64,000 nt of DNA, from positions 34,658,001 to 34,722,000 of the forward strand of contig CM060734.1 in NCBI GenBank assembly GCA_030704615.1, read 5' to 3'. Under the pieces are notes generated by a model. That model was not told where the DNA came from. It ran no database searches and saw only the letters and a program-made list of their open reading frames with translations. A program made the position numbers and the translations under genes. The DNA is from Takakia lepidozioides (lineage: Eukaryota; Plantae; Bryophyta). Position 1 is the stretch's first letter, and each line of letters begins with the position of its first letter. This document shows, piece by piece, positions 1 to 12,958 of this stretch.

Positions 1-18
1 CGCTAGAGGAGGGGGTGA

Positions 19-662
19 TGTCACGGACATAGCCCAGAGGAATTTACCAAGAGTAAATACCAGAAGTTACCAAGTTACCAGAAGTTACCATGACCTACCG
101 TGACTTACCATGATCTACCATGATTTACCATTACTTACCAAGTTACCGGAAGTTTACCAAATTATCAAGAGTAACTTGGGAAACTGCTCAGGAAGCTTCC
201 TTTGGAAGAAACTTCTCCATCAAGATACCTCATTTGTTTAAGGAAGTTTCTCCATCAAGAAACCTTTGTTTAATCTTGGAAACTTCTCCAGCAAGCATCC
301 TCCATAGGGAAAGCTTCTTAGGGAAGTTTCCTAGTAGCCAGTATATATAGGAGGCGAGACTGGACACTCTTCAGTCTCGCCAGCACTAGTTCAAGCTACT
401 CTTGTTTCCAGTTTCCAGTACTCCAGTCCAGTTCCCAGTACCCTAGCCCAGTTTCTAGTATCTGGTACTCTAGTTCAGTTTCCAGCATTCTAGTATTCAA
501 GTCGTGTTCCAATATCTTGTACTCTTGTTTATTGTTATAAAGATCGTCTTGATTCTTATTTACTCATCGTGCATTCGGCCACGCCGACCTTGACTTCTTG
601 TCTAGCCTTGTACCTCTAGTCTTATCTCTTGTTTGTGTTCAGTCATGTTCTCGTCCTTGACA
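19..662 (+). mobile_element. 3' LTR of an LTR retrotransposon whose body lies upstream of the window
   Basis: Starts TGTCACGGAC (19) and ends GTCCTTGACA (662), a 10-bp terminal inverted repeat with 1 mismatch. Immediately preceded by a polypurine tract (AGAGGAGGGGG, 5-15). TTACCA-type tandem repeats at ~45-170 and TATATATAGG at ~342. Confidence 0.8.
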
Positions 663-822
663 CCAGGTAACAGAGGGAGAGAGAAAGAAAGAAAGAAAGA
701 AAGAGGGTGTATGAGAAAACTAAAAAGAAGGTGGGGGGGAGGGAGTGACTGAGCAGCAGTAGCTGCTCAGTCACCCCCCCACACACATTTTTTTTTGGTT
801 TTTTTTTCCTCATCTGGCTTTC

Positions 823-1649
823 TGTTAGAGGGCTATTTGGGACTTAGATACTTTTATAGGTTTTGTGGGGTACCCTTAATTTTTGCGCAGACTTACGGAT
901 GGTAGACTTAGACCAACAGAGGCCTTAGGGATGACAGACACAGGCTTTAGGAGGGGGGGGGGGGGAGGGGGGGTAGACAAGCTTACACAGCCAGTCACAG
1001 CCCGTCACAGTCTATCACAACTCGACACAGCTTTGCACAGTCAGACACAGCACGACACAACCCGACACAGCTTCACACAGTTTCACACAACCAATCACAG
1101 TCCGACACAGTCCGACACAACTTGGCACAGTCACAGCCCGACACAGTTTGGCACAGCCCGTCACAGCGTACATAGGAACGGTTATCATTGGCAGGGAATG
1201 ACTGTGTGAGAACGACATCTGCAGAGGGAACGTGTTTACTTCTTAGGTGATAGTTAGTTAGTTAGGCGGTTAGAACAGCTTGTAGATAAAATAGGCAGAG
1301 CAAGCATCATAGGGGAGTTTACGGGGGGGGGGCACTTCTTGGACATTGGCGAGAGGAGAAGGGGCAGAGAGCAAGAACGGGAGCAGAGATGGTGAGCACG
1401 GTTAAGGAGGAGAGATGAACAATAAATGTTTGTTATATGCAAAGCTGTAGTAATATTGTAAAGCAAATTAAAGACACAATGGCTTCGGCCTGATACCTGA
1501 TAAATCTTAATCTGATACTTATTCGAAACAATCACACTGTGTAGAGAGACATGAGTGAAGCTGTGGAATGAATGGATGAGTAAATGGAACCTGGTAGATA
1601 CTGAAGCAATCTGATGCTTCAGTATACACAGTAAGGTAATTTGCTAACA
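823..1649 (+). repeat. 5' LTR of gypsy element 1
   Basis: TGTTAG start and CTAACA end; highly similar to 12959-13801; contains a CACAG-rich short tandem array (~985-1170) and AATAAA at ~1422. Confidence 0.9.
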
Positions 1650-1706
1650 TGAAGGCAAGAAGGAATACAAATAGGAAGCACAACCATGATTCACTAGCTG
1701 TAGGTC

Positions 1707-3080
1707 ATGACTGATTGTTCCGAGCGGGCTGAGTGCTTAGAGATATCCAACTCTTCTATCTTGGAGTTTCCAGCTCGGATAGCGAAGGGATGGATGAGTA
1801 AAAGCCGCTCGACATTTGGCGACCATACTGGGGAACTGGGTCAAGAACAACCAGATGTGACAGACATCTGGTGGGATCATGGTGGTTGGAGAATTAAAGA
1901 ATTTGATGTGAATCAAATTCCCTGTGGAACTGAGAAAGAAAGGTTGTCCAAGCAATTCTTTCAGATATTCTTGGAATTGTCAGACGGTTGCAAAGAAAAC
2001 ATTCTTAAGAGAGTGCATGATGCAGATCCTGAGTGGGGTATGGAGAAAGGAGTGATAAAGATTTATCAGGTGGCCTGTAGAGGGAGAGCAAGTTGGTTAC
2101 CAACACTGGTTTATGTGATAGCGTTGCTATCCATTAAACGAGTGGAGTTTGAAGGCTGGGAGGAATGGAAAGTGAATGTTTACACTCATATGCATGAAGA
2201 GTTGGTACTGGTAAAGAATTGGATTCCTAAGGATATCCTGTGGATCAAACTGACACCAAGAACAGCTTTTCAGACGTGCTTGCCATATGGATATATGGTA
2301 ACAGAGACTTCTAGTATAGCCAAGGGTGCATTGAAGCTTGAAAGAAACCCAGGCATATACGAGAGATACTACAGAAGAGAGTTTTGGTTATTGCCTCATT
2401 GAAGATATGAAAGACATGGGACATGAGTGATGAAAGAGAAGCTAGACTTCACAGATATTCAGCAAAACGAGAGAATTTTGAAAGCTAATTATCCATATCT
2501 TTGGGAGAGAGGAATAGACATAGGAGAATCATCTGGACCTCTCACACCATTAAGGTCGAAGAGTACATCACCCATACCGGAGGAACCAGAGTTGGATGCC
2601 ACTCATTCTTATTCTTTACAAGAAAGATTAAGGGATTTGGTACAGGAAGAAGATCAGCCACGAGGGGAGAGATCTGAGGTACATCCTTGGATAAAAGATT
2701 TGACAGAAATCTTTGATAAGAGTTGGCATGGAACACCAAAAGCAGGAACTCAAGTTTCTAAAACGGAAGACAAAGAAGGAGGGGAGGATATGGCAGAGCC
2801 AACGGAGAGTTCAGACTCTCCAACACCATTGCAATTGAGTTACATGAGTGAAGATGAAGAAACCCAAGGGCAGAACTTGGAAGATGAAAACAAAGAGAAT
2901 AAATTGGAAGATGAAGAGTATGAAGAAGTAGACCCAACAGTTGAGGTTGAGACTACAACCAGGACATCCCAACCTGTTGGACCTGGATCAAGTGGAGCAC
3001 TTGAATCACAGGCCAACGAAGGTGTCGGCTCAGGGGGATCAGGCGGGCAGCCTGGCGGGGACAAGGAATGTGGGAAGTAG
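1707..3080 (+). pseudogene. Extra 5' ORF of gypsy element 1, upstream of gag (unknown function)
   Basis: ORFs 1707-2402 and 2427-3080 are in the same frame, separated by two TGA codons. Trp-rich N-terminal half and acidic low-complexity C-terminal half; overlaps the gag frame at 2941-3080. Confidence 0.6.
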
Positions 3081-6000
3081 TGCAACTGGAGCTGGGAATA
3101 CTGTGAATATAGTGGGGCCAGTAGCAGGGAGTGCTCAGGGGCAAGCACCTGGTGGGAGTTCCACCATTACTACAACAGGTCCTCAAGGACCAGCACCAGC
3201 AGGGGGACCAGCACCTGTCAGTGGGCAGGGTGTAGGGCCACAGATGGCGGTACAACCAACACGGGCAAATCCACCTTTTCCAATATATGCAGGAAAAGGG
3301 GATCCTGATGTACACATCAGCCAATTTGACCACATATGTATTGTGAACAATGAAAATGGCGATGATGCCAAGATGAGACTGTTTCCATGTTCACTTATTA
3401 AGAAAGCAAGTGAATGGTATGCAAGATTCCATGATAATCATTTCCTAACCTGTAATGGCCTTAGTACAGCATTCCAAAACAGGTTTAGGACAAGCAAAAC
3501 TGAGGATGAAGTGTATGGGAGTTTACAACAGTTAAAGCAAAAGAAGCATGAAACTATTGAGGAGTACATGGAAAAGATGGAATTGATGATGAAAAAGTTG
3601 GCTGCTATGCCAGCACCAGGGTTACAGAAGACCTGGTTTGTGAGTGGGTTAAGACCTGAATTACAAAAGAAAGTGGATATGCTACCCCATAATACAGTGG
3701 AAGATGCATTTGAAATAGCCAACAGAATTGAGCAATTGGGGATGCTTAGAAGAGAGAAAAGGGATGATGAGGACTCTGAAGAGGAGTCAGATGAGGAAGA
3801 AGAGCAAGAGCTCAAAAAGAAGAGTAAGAAGAAGGAAAAGTTGAAGAGGGAAAACTATGAGAAAAGACTGGAGGAGATCTTGAAGAAGTATGCCACAAAG
3901 GCTGCAACACATTGAAGGAAGGGTGTTTGGTGTGCAAAATGCCAGAATGAAGGCCATACCACAGTTGAATGCCACATGAAGGAGAAACACTATACTATCT
4001 GTAAAATGGATAACCATTCTACTGAGAATTGTTACTACAACAGAAGAACAGCTGCAAGAGAACCTAGGCAAGTAAGGGTGCATCAAGTGCAGCCCCAGCC
4101 AAGAAGAAACAATGATCAGGACCACTATGGAATGCTTGATGGTTATAACAATGGTATGGAAGGGAGAGGTAATCCAAGAGGGAATTACCAAGGCAATCCC
4201 AGAGGCAACTATCAGGGTAATCCAAGGGGGAATTACCAGCCAGGGAATCAGGATTATAGAAATAATCCCAGAGCAGATCAAGGGCGAGGACCCAATGGTA
4301 AAGAACTGTGTTACTATTGTAATCAGGCAGGACATCGCAACGCAGGATGTTCATTCTGGATTAGACACCAAAATGAGATGAGAGCTCCTGTGAATGAGGG
4401 CCCAGTGGTAGCAGCTCACATGGTTAGGCCATGTGTTGTACCAGAAGTAAGTACAATGATAGTAACCAGAAGCAAAGCTAAACTAATACCTCCTGTAGAT
4501 GAGGAAGATGATGATAATGAAGATGGCAGTGATGTGCCTGAAGATGATGAGGCTTGGAGAGATGAGAAGGAACTGCACAAGGAAGTGGCTGATACCATAA
4601 GGGAAATACAGAAGAGTACTGATATCCCTATGGCAGATTCCTCTGATTCTGAAAGAGAAGATGAAGTGAGTGAAGATGAAGTGAAAAAAGAAGCTGCACA
4701 ACTGCAGAGTAATGAAGGGACTTTGGCTGAAGTAATATGCCAGTCCAAAGCGGAGATTACCATTGGACAGCTATTGGCTGTGGCACCTCATTGTAGGCAC
4801 AGGCTGTATCAAGCAATCAATCAGATTGCCCATGTGACAGAGAACACAGGCATGAACAGCAAGGTGACCAATTATAATGTGAAGCCGGAAGGGCGAGAAA
4901 CAGTCATGGACTTTGATGATTCTATGCCAGTAATCTAATTGAGAATTGGAAGCACAGACCTGACTGATGTACTGATAGATGGAGGCTCTGGAGTGAATAT
5001 CATGACAGACCAATTAAGGCAGAAGCTTGGTCTAAGTAACATGAAACCAGCCCCATTCACAGTGACAATGGCGGATCAAAGAAGTGTTCAGCCATTAGGC
5101 TTGATAAGAGGAGTTAAGATACAGATTCAAAAGATGATCTTTAAGATCACAGTGACTGTATTGAAAATGGATGATGTCATGGAAGCTTACTCCTTATTGC
5201 TGGGTCGACCATGGCTGAAACAGGCCAGGGTATTCCATGACTGGAATTCCCAATTACTAACTGTGTATGATGGGAAGCGCAAGATACAAATCACCACTAA
5301 GAAATCTAGTAGACTACCTGCTACGAGAAGACCTCGAGCAGTCAGAGAGTATGACTGGAGGAAATGACTTGATGAGGAGCAGGAAGCTACCCTATTCGCT
5401 GCACACCCAGAGTGGGAGCAGGTTGCAGAAATGCAACTGGAAGGCCTAAGTTGTTTAAAAGGTATCTGCTGTGGTGTAGTAACAACAACACCAATTGAGG
5501 GTGAAACAAGCAGTTACCCACCACATTTCTATGAAGAAAGAGAGGGAGAAATGGAAATCCTAGAAGAACCAGCCACTGTGAGTTTACAGGATGAAGTAGT
5601 GACTGGTTGGACAATCACAGCTGATGAGCAGGTGAGAGAAGTGAATGTGGGAACTGAGGAGGAACCGAGAATGGTGAAAGTAGGGGCTGACTTGGAGCCA
5701 GAATTCTTTGAGGAAGCTAAGAGTCTGTTCATCAAATACAGAGATGTATTTGCTTGGAGCTATGAGGATCTGAAAGGGATACCACCTGAGATCTGTCAGC
5801 ATAAGATTGAACTGGAACTAGGGTCAGTACCAATCAAACAGACAAGGTACAGAATGAATCCCAACTATGCACAGAAGGTTGGGGAAGAGATCAAGAAGTT
5901 GGCTGAGGCTAAGTTCATATACCCGATAGAGTATACAACATGGTTGTCACCCATTGTGATATTCCCAAGAAGAATGGTAAACTGAGAGTTTGTGTGAACT

Positions 6001-8438
6001 ATAAGAAGTTGAATGCTTGTACAAAGAAAGATCCCTTCCATTTGCCATTCACAGAAGCGGTGCTGGACACTGTGGCAGGCCATGAGATGTACTCATTCAT
6101 GGATGGCTTCAGTGGGTATAACCAAGTGCAAGTGATAGAAGAAGACCAGGGAAAGACAGTTTTCATCACAGTCTAGGGTGCTTATGCATACAAAGTCATG
6201 CCTTTTGGACTTTGTAATGCACCAGCAACTTTTCAGAGAGTGATAAGTGAATCTTTCCATGAGTATCTGGATGATTTCATGCAGGTGTTCTTAGATGACT
6301 TCAGTGTGTACAGTTCTAAGAATGAGCACTGGCATAAATTGGAGTTATATTTGGCCAGATGCAGGATGAGAGGTCTGGGTCTGAATCTAGAAAAGTGTAC
6401 TTTCTGTGTGAACTCAGGAGTGACTTTGGGACACATTGTGTGTAAGAGGGGACTGCTTGTGGATCCCAGAAAGACAGAGGCTATTAAAGCCTCTCCACCA
6501 CCAGGAAATGTTAAGAGTCTAAGGAGATTCCTTGGACAAACCAGTTATTACAAAAGATTTGTTAGACAGTATGCACAGATAGCAGCACCATTGAGCAAGC
6601 TTCTGAAGAAAGATGCAGTGTTTGCATGGACAGCTGAATGTCAGCAGGCTTTTGAGGAACTTACATTGTCAGTAACATCTACACCTGTGCTGATTAACCC
6701 TCACTGGCATGTAGTATTTCATGTTCACTGTGATGCCTCAAGAGAAGCATTGGGAGCAGTGTTAGCCCAAAATGTAACAGGAAACATAGATTCACATGTG
6801 TACTATGCTAGCAGGTTGATGAACAGTGCTGAAAGGAACTATAGCACAACTGAAAGAGAAGCATTGGCAATGATTTATGCAGTCAAGAAATTCAGGCATT
6901 ACTTATTGGGAAGGAAGTTCATGTTTTATGTGGATCATCAGGCTTTGATTTATCTGGTGAACAAGCCTTTGATAAGTGGCAGGATAACAAGATGGTTAAT
7001 AATCTTGCACAAGTTTGAGTTCAAAGTTGTTTACAAGCCTGGCCGTTTGCATCTTGTGGCAGATCATTTGTCACGCCTATCAACAGGAGAGCCCGCCATG
7101 GGAGTAGACGACCAACTACCTGATGCGAGTTTATTTGCAGTGGAGGTGTAAGGAAATACAGATGATTGGTTAGATTGGCAGTGACCAATCAGATACTACC
7201 TTACTCATGGTCAGTGCCCACCTAGTTATGGGAAGGAGCAGAGGAGGAAAATAGCTATCAAGGCTTTACCTTAAACTATGATAGGGGCCAGAATGTATAA
7301 GCTAGGACCTGATGGAGTTCTTAAACGATGCTTGTACCACCATGAAGTAAATAAAGTTTTGGAGGAAGTTCATAAAGGAGTGGCTGGAGGTCATTTTGGA
7401 GAAGAGACTACCAGTAGAAAGATACTACTTGCAGGTTACTGGTGGCCTACTTTGTTCAAGAATGTACACAAATATTGCAAGAGTTGTGATGAGTGTCAGA
7501 GGCTAGGACCATTGCAGAGATCTGGGAAGATGGCTTTGCATCCTACGATGCCTACTGAACCATTTCAGAAATGGGGACTAGATTTTGTTGGACCAATTAA
7601 CCCACCAGCCAGAAATACACAGAACAAGTATATAATCACGGCCACTTATTATACTACAAAGTGGGTGGAAGCTAAAGCTCTAAGGGACAACACAGCTAAG
7701 TCCACAGCAAGGTTCATGTATGAGAACATATTCACAAGATTTGGTTGTCCCCTGGAATTTATTAGTGACCAAGAAAGTCACTTCATTAACGAGACTATAG
7801 AACTACTGACTAAAGAGTTCATGATTGTGCACATGAAAAGTACAACCTATTACCCACAGGGTAATGGGCAGGCAGAGGCCACAAACAAAATACTATGCAC
7901 TATCTTGGCTAAGATAGTCGATGCAAACAGAACAGATTGGGATACAAAGCTTCTGACAGCTTTGTGGTCATATAGAACTTCATATAAAGTCACAACCAAG
8001 TATACACCATCCCAATTAGTTTATGGTATGGAAGCTTTACTTCCAGTGGAGTTTTTGTTACCTACCATGAGAACTGAATGGGGAAGGAGAATGGAATTGG
8101 AGGATTCAATTAAAGTCAGGAAACATGAATTATATCATGTGGAAGAAGTACATGCTGATGCAGCAGATAACATGACCAGAATTCAGATGAAGAGGAAGGA
8201 TCAATTTGACGAAGGTAAACTGAAAACTTTTAAGACGGGTGATTTGGTTCTGTAGTTGCAGAAGAAGGGGAAGATTAAGGCTTCTAAGCTTAAGTCACCA
8301 TGGAAAGGACCTTATGTCATACAGAAGATGTATGATAACAACACAGCCGTGTTACAAACCATTAACAAAGAGATGCTGGGAAGAGTCAATGCCAATAAGT
8401 TGAAGGGATACAGTGGTATCCATGACAAACCATTGTAA
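2941..8438 (+). pseudogene. gag-pol polyprotein of gypsy element 1 (premature stops, 1-nt frameshift at ~5962)
   Basis: Retrotrans_gag-like DPDVHISQF...RLFPCSL...WY; zinc knuckles CAKCQNEGHTTVEC and CYYCNQAGHRNAGC; protease VLIDGGSGVNI...LLLGRPWL; RT FMDGFSGYNQ, MPFGLCNAPATFQR, VFLDDFSV; RNase H VHCDAS...ERNYSTTEREALA...DHQAL; integrase H-H-C-C (VHKGVAGGHFG...CKSCDECQ), WGLDFVGP, GQAEATNK; C-terminal WKGPY motif. Confidence 0.95.
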
Positions 8439-9354
8439 CACGATTTGCATATTGAAACACAGAAATAGTCACGGTAATACCAACGAAGCATGAAGCACTT
8501 GTCGTAAAGCCGAATGTGTATGGCCGGAGCGGGGAACACGGGTGTTCGCACAGTTATCACATCCTATCACAGCCCACCACAGTTTGACACAGTCTCTCAC
8601 AGTCCATAGGGTCAGTGACAGGTGGACGCGGGTTAACGTCAGAAAAGTGGCCGGCAAGTGAAAAGACAGCTTGGAAGTCAGATTCTGAGAATGTGCCACG
8701 AGGACAGGGGAAGACGGAGGTGTGTCTAAGAACGGACATGTGGCCACTAGGGCGAAGCACACCGCGGTGCATATATTGCAAAAGTGGGTGTCATCATGTA
8801 AGAGGACAAACTGAGCCATCAAAGTACCTACCCGGTACATCAACCAAAACTATTTGTGGGCCCATTAATGCATTCAGGGCAAAGGTAACGGAACCCAGAA
8901 AAGGGGGACTTTTGCCACATGTGTTGTCCTAGTGGACATTCCAGGTGGGAATGTCCACTGAGGGGGGTAAAATTAAAGAAGTTACCCAAGGAGGCAACAA
9001 CCAATCAGGAGCGAGAATTTCATGCAGGTGGTTCCCTCTAAGAAACAAGAACAAGAAATTAGAAGAGTTATGAGCGGAAGAGTCGGGGTGGCTCCGAATA
9101 ACCAGTGTCTCGACGGGAGGGGCAATTAAAGCTATAACTTTGTAGTTATGGCGGATATTACAGATTATACGCTCGCTTTACTTCTTACACAGTGGCGCAA
9201 AGATGGACGGGTTGAGAGTACATTCTCTCTCACTCGATACTTGCAAGCTCCACAAGCTTACATGCACTTACCCGTTCCTTTCTGTGCAAACCATATTTTT
9301 ATGCTGTACGCCTTGCAAGCTTTCCTATAGCTATTTCAAACAAGGTCATCTTGT

Positions 9355-12300
9355 TTGTCTGGAATGAAGAGAATTCGGGGAATGAAGGATGTCAGGGTGA
9401 AGAGCACCACGATTCTGCAGAAGCAGACAATTGCTACACCTCAGGCTGTGCAGCTGTTGAAGGAGTTGCGATTGGAAGGACTGCTACGCAAGGAATGGTC
9501 TTTGCATCATAGGGCGTTCATGATACAATTCATTTAGAACTTTGAACCTCAGACGGGAGTTACACAAGTGAGGGGAGTAGATATAGAGATTACTCCCCAA
9601 TACTTGCAGCAATTGTTTGAATTGCCATCAGGCCGTGTAAATGTGGATGAGCACAGGGCAAGATTGCAAATAGACAATTTGTTCCAAGAAGGGAGTTTCT
9701 TTAAGACTCAGGGATACACTTGCACCAAGGCCGAGTACCCAGGGTTAAAAGAAGTTGGTCAGGTTCTGAATGTTCTGTTTGCCATGAAACAGAACCAACA
9801 ATACCTTAGCAGATCAATCACGGAAGAGATATTGAAAGCCTTGAGGGGGGAAGATGTGGTTTGGGCGGACTTAATGTACAATGGTTTGGTAGAAGAGATG
9901 AAGCGGTTACAAGGCACTGCTGCTAAGTCTCCAATCGTTGTGTCTGGCCCAGTGATTGCGCAAATTATTCTTGATTCTTGCATACTTGATGCGCGAGAAC
10001 GTAAGGAGATGGGAGTGTTTGAGGCAGCAACCACTACAATTGAGGAGCAGGGCTCTTCACATGGTGAAGGTGGATTGGAGGGGCGGCACCAGTCCAAGAG
10101 ACAAAAGAAGGACACGACTATAGTGGCAGATCCACTAGCTTCAAGGAAACCGCGAAATGATGATGTTTCCATAGCTCTTGTGCAAGATGGGGAACAGCAG
10201 CACAGAGGGCTGTTATTACTGGAAGCACGACCTTTGGAGAGGGAAGAAGAAGTCACTTTGGTACCACAGCCATCACAGCCAGTTGACTTGGTTGTCTCAG
10301 AGGTCCCTCAGTTAGTACATGTTGTTGCACCAGAGCCTATTGCTCTGGAAGGAGAAGGGTTGGACATTCCCACTACAGAGCAGGTCGTGGCAGAAATTGA
10401 AAAGGGTGACCTTCTCTATGAAAACTCTGGCTTGGTCAGGGAATCAGTGGTACCAGAGGTGCAAAGTTTGTCCAAGGAAATCCCTGCTGTGCATGTGATA
10501 CCCAAACCTGTGGCGGAGGTTCCAGAGATAGAATGTAAGGGCACTGCAGCGCTTGTGGAGAATGAGGTCGTTCAGGAAGAAGATCTTGTCGGAACATGGC
10601 CTGAATGGTTGGTGAAACATCACACTATGGAGGATCAGAGAGAACAACAGCAAGTTCACCATGAAGATCCACAACAGGCCATGCTTATGAGTTCTATAAG
10701 CAGGACACTCAATTTGTTGGGCACTTATGTGAAATCCCATGTTCCATCTACACAATTGGCAGCTTTGAGGGAGGAACTCAATCAGGAGTTTGAGGCTAGA
10801 ATTGCCACTGAGTGTGCAAACAAGGTGGATGTGGAGGCCAACCTCAAGTTGTGGAAAGAATTGGAGGACACCAAGGCTGCCCTGCAGCTAGTAAAGAGGA
10901 ATTTGATTGAAGCGGGTCTGAAGCAGGGGAAATTGCATGAAGCACATAAGCAGTAGCTATACCCATTGCAGGTGCAGCATGAGGGCAAATTGCAGGAAGT
11001 GAAGGTGCTTCATATAGAGTTGGAGACAGTTCATCAGAGAATGACCATACAATGTGCCACACTAACAACTGCTCTAGAGCAAACTGCGTTAGAAGTTAAC
11101 AGACAAGCAGAGAGATGTATGATGGCCGAGGCTGAGACAGTAGAGCAGGGGAAACTTATTGCTGATCTGAAGGCTACTCTCCGTCGCAATCCAACAGTAC
11201 AGTCAGGTTGAGGCTGAGAAGGAAAGATTCATCCTGCAGTTGCAGCAATCACTCACGGGCCACAAGAATGAACTCTCTGTGGCTAACAAGGCTTGGAAGG
11301 AAGCCAATAATCTAGCTGCTGCCTATGCGGCCCTGGTTGAACCTCATGCAAAGCGCATGGAGGCTTTACAGCAGCAGTTAGATGTGTACAGACTCAAGGA
11401 GGAGCAGGCTCTTAGGGTTGCTACACGAGACTTGGTGGATAATCATCTTATGCAAGTATGGTTAACACAAGGGCTGGTGGAAGGGAAGGCACCACAAAAG
11501 CTCACTCAAGGGGAGATGAATGATCTCAGATTGCAGGTGCAGAACATTGCCACAACTACTATAGACAATGTCTATGGATAGTGGAGTTACAGGATGATGT
11601 GGAAGGCCTGCAAACTCAAGTGAATGACTTGAGTTCCAGTATTGACAAAAGAGTCTTTGTTCCTGAGGAGCAGCTGGTAGCTACTTATTTGCATGCCAGG
11701 ACTCTGATTTTCCAATCTTCATCACAGGAGGTGCAAGAGTTGCCAGCAGTAGGAGGGACAACGGCGGCAATATCACAACCTCTACAGCAGGTGGCTGTGC
11801 AGGTAGCTGACGCTGTTGATACCATGGCGCAGCCACAGTCTGAGGTTTGGGGGGATGCTGCTTTCAACCCATCTAGACTCCTACTGTGTGGGAGTACAAT
11901 CGGGCTATGATTATGCCCTTCAACCAAATTCCCATTGTGATGGATTTGGCTTGGAAGGAATTCAGTCCTCCACAGTCTTTGGCACATTATTACCAGATCA
12001 TGCACATTTGGTTGCCAGTGGCAACTCGGACTAAGGTTCTTCCGAACAATTGACCCATTGAGGATCATCATTTTGCAAGGTACTGGTCTGAGACAGGCAC
12101 CATGCTGAAGGAATTAATTGCCTTCCAGGTTGTTCATGGGTACATCTACACCAAGACCAAGGAGGTATCTAGTATTGTCATGGGCTGTGGATTGTACTAT
12201 GCTGCTTGTTTCCTTGCACGTTATCACATTGAGCAGCAGAAGATGCAGTCAAGATTTTTGAGTTATTCCAATGGAGATCATTGGGTCTTACCTTCAATTC

Positions 12301-12875
12301 CACCTCATATGTATCTATATGATGCGAAACTCATGATGCAGAAGGATTCCCAGCTTCGTTTATGGTTTAATTTGGCTTGGAACAGCTTGGCCAAAGAAAA
12401 ATTGGGCCCTGATGATATTTTTTATAAGGGACATGAAGCCTAGAAATATTTACACTGTTCCAAACTCATTGGCACACCTCTCACCTATACGGCCAAGGAG
12501 TTCAGGGAATTCACTCATTTTGCTTGCAAGCGATTAAAACAAGTAGTCTTGTTCAAGCTTCCAGACATGGTGGGCCAACATTGCATGCCATGCAGGATTC
12601 CTGAGGAACCACTTAAGGTTTGGCCGCCAAAACACCTCAGGGGGGAAGATGATTCTGATACTACTGGTTCTTTAGATGAACCTTTTGACATGGCGGAGGA
12701 CTATGCACTCCAGATGGCAGAGAATAAACGACGGGGATCTCCTATGCCTGAGAGGTTACCTTGTTATCAACAACAGGAGGGTCGACAAACATTTCCATTT
12801 GGTGCTCAATCGCCTCCATCAGCCAGTGACAGGGCTCGAGCTCGTACACAGAGCCCTTCAAGAGACTCTCACTGA
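9355..12875 (+). pseudogene. Extra sense 3' ORF of gypsy element 1 (putative plant-transposon-protein-like N terminus plus coiled coil)
   Basis: ORFs 9355-9537, 9568-10956 and 10966-11211 share one frame broken only by TAG stops; they continue via frameshifts through 11240-12875. QFI*NF...VRGVDIEITPQYLQQLFELP resembles the 'putative plant transposon protein' domain of Athila-type extra ORFs. Heptad E/L/Q-rich segment at ~10760-11640. Confidence 0.7.
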
Positions 12876-12941
12876 CAAAAGGGTGTGCGCTCATAAAGGG
12901 TTGCTGTTCCTAAACAGTAAACCATGAGGACACGGCTTTTT

Positions 12942-12955
12942 GAGGGGGGGAGGGG
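12942..12955 (+). promoter_or_regulatory. Polypurine tract (PPT) of gypsy element 1
   Basis: GAGGGGGGGAGGGG, 3 nt before the TG of the 3' LTR. Confidence 0.85.
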
Positions 12956-12958
12956 TAA

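Noticed and set aside
883-1535. ORFs within the LTRs (also 13019-13687 and 120-350)
   Set aside because: Products of low-complexity LTR repeats with no protein motifs.
9355-12875. env gene call for the 3' extra ORF
   Set aside because: No evident signal peptide or convincing transmembrane anchor; left as an extra ORF of unknown function.
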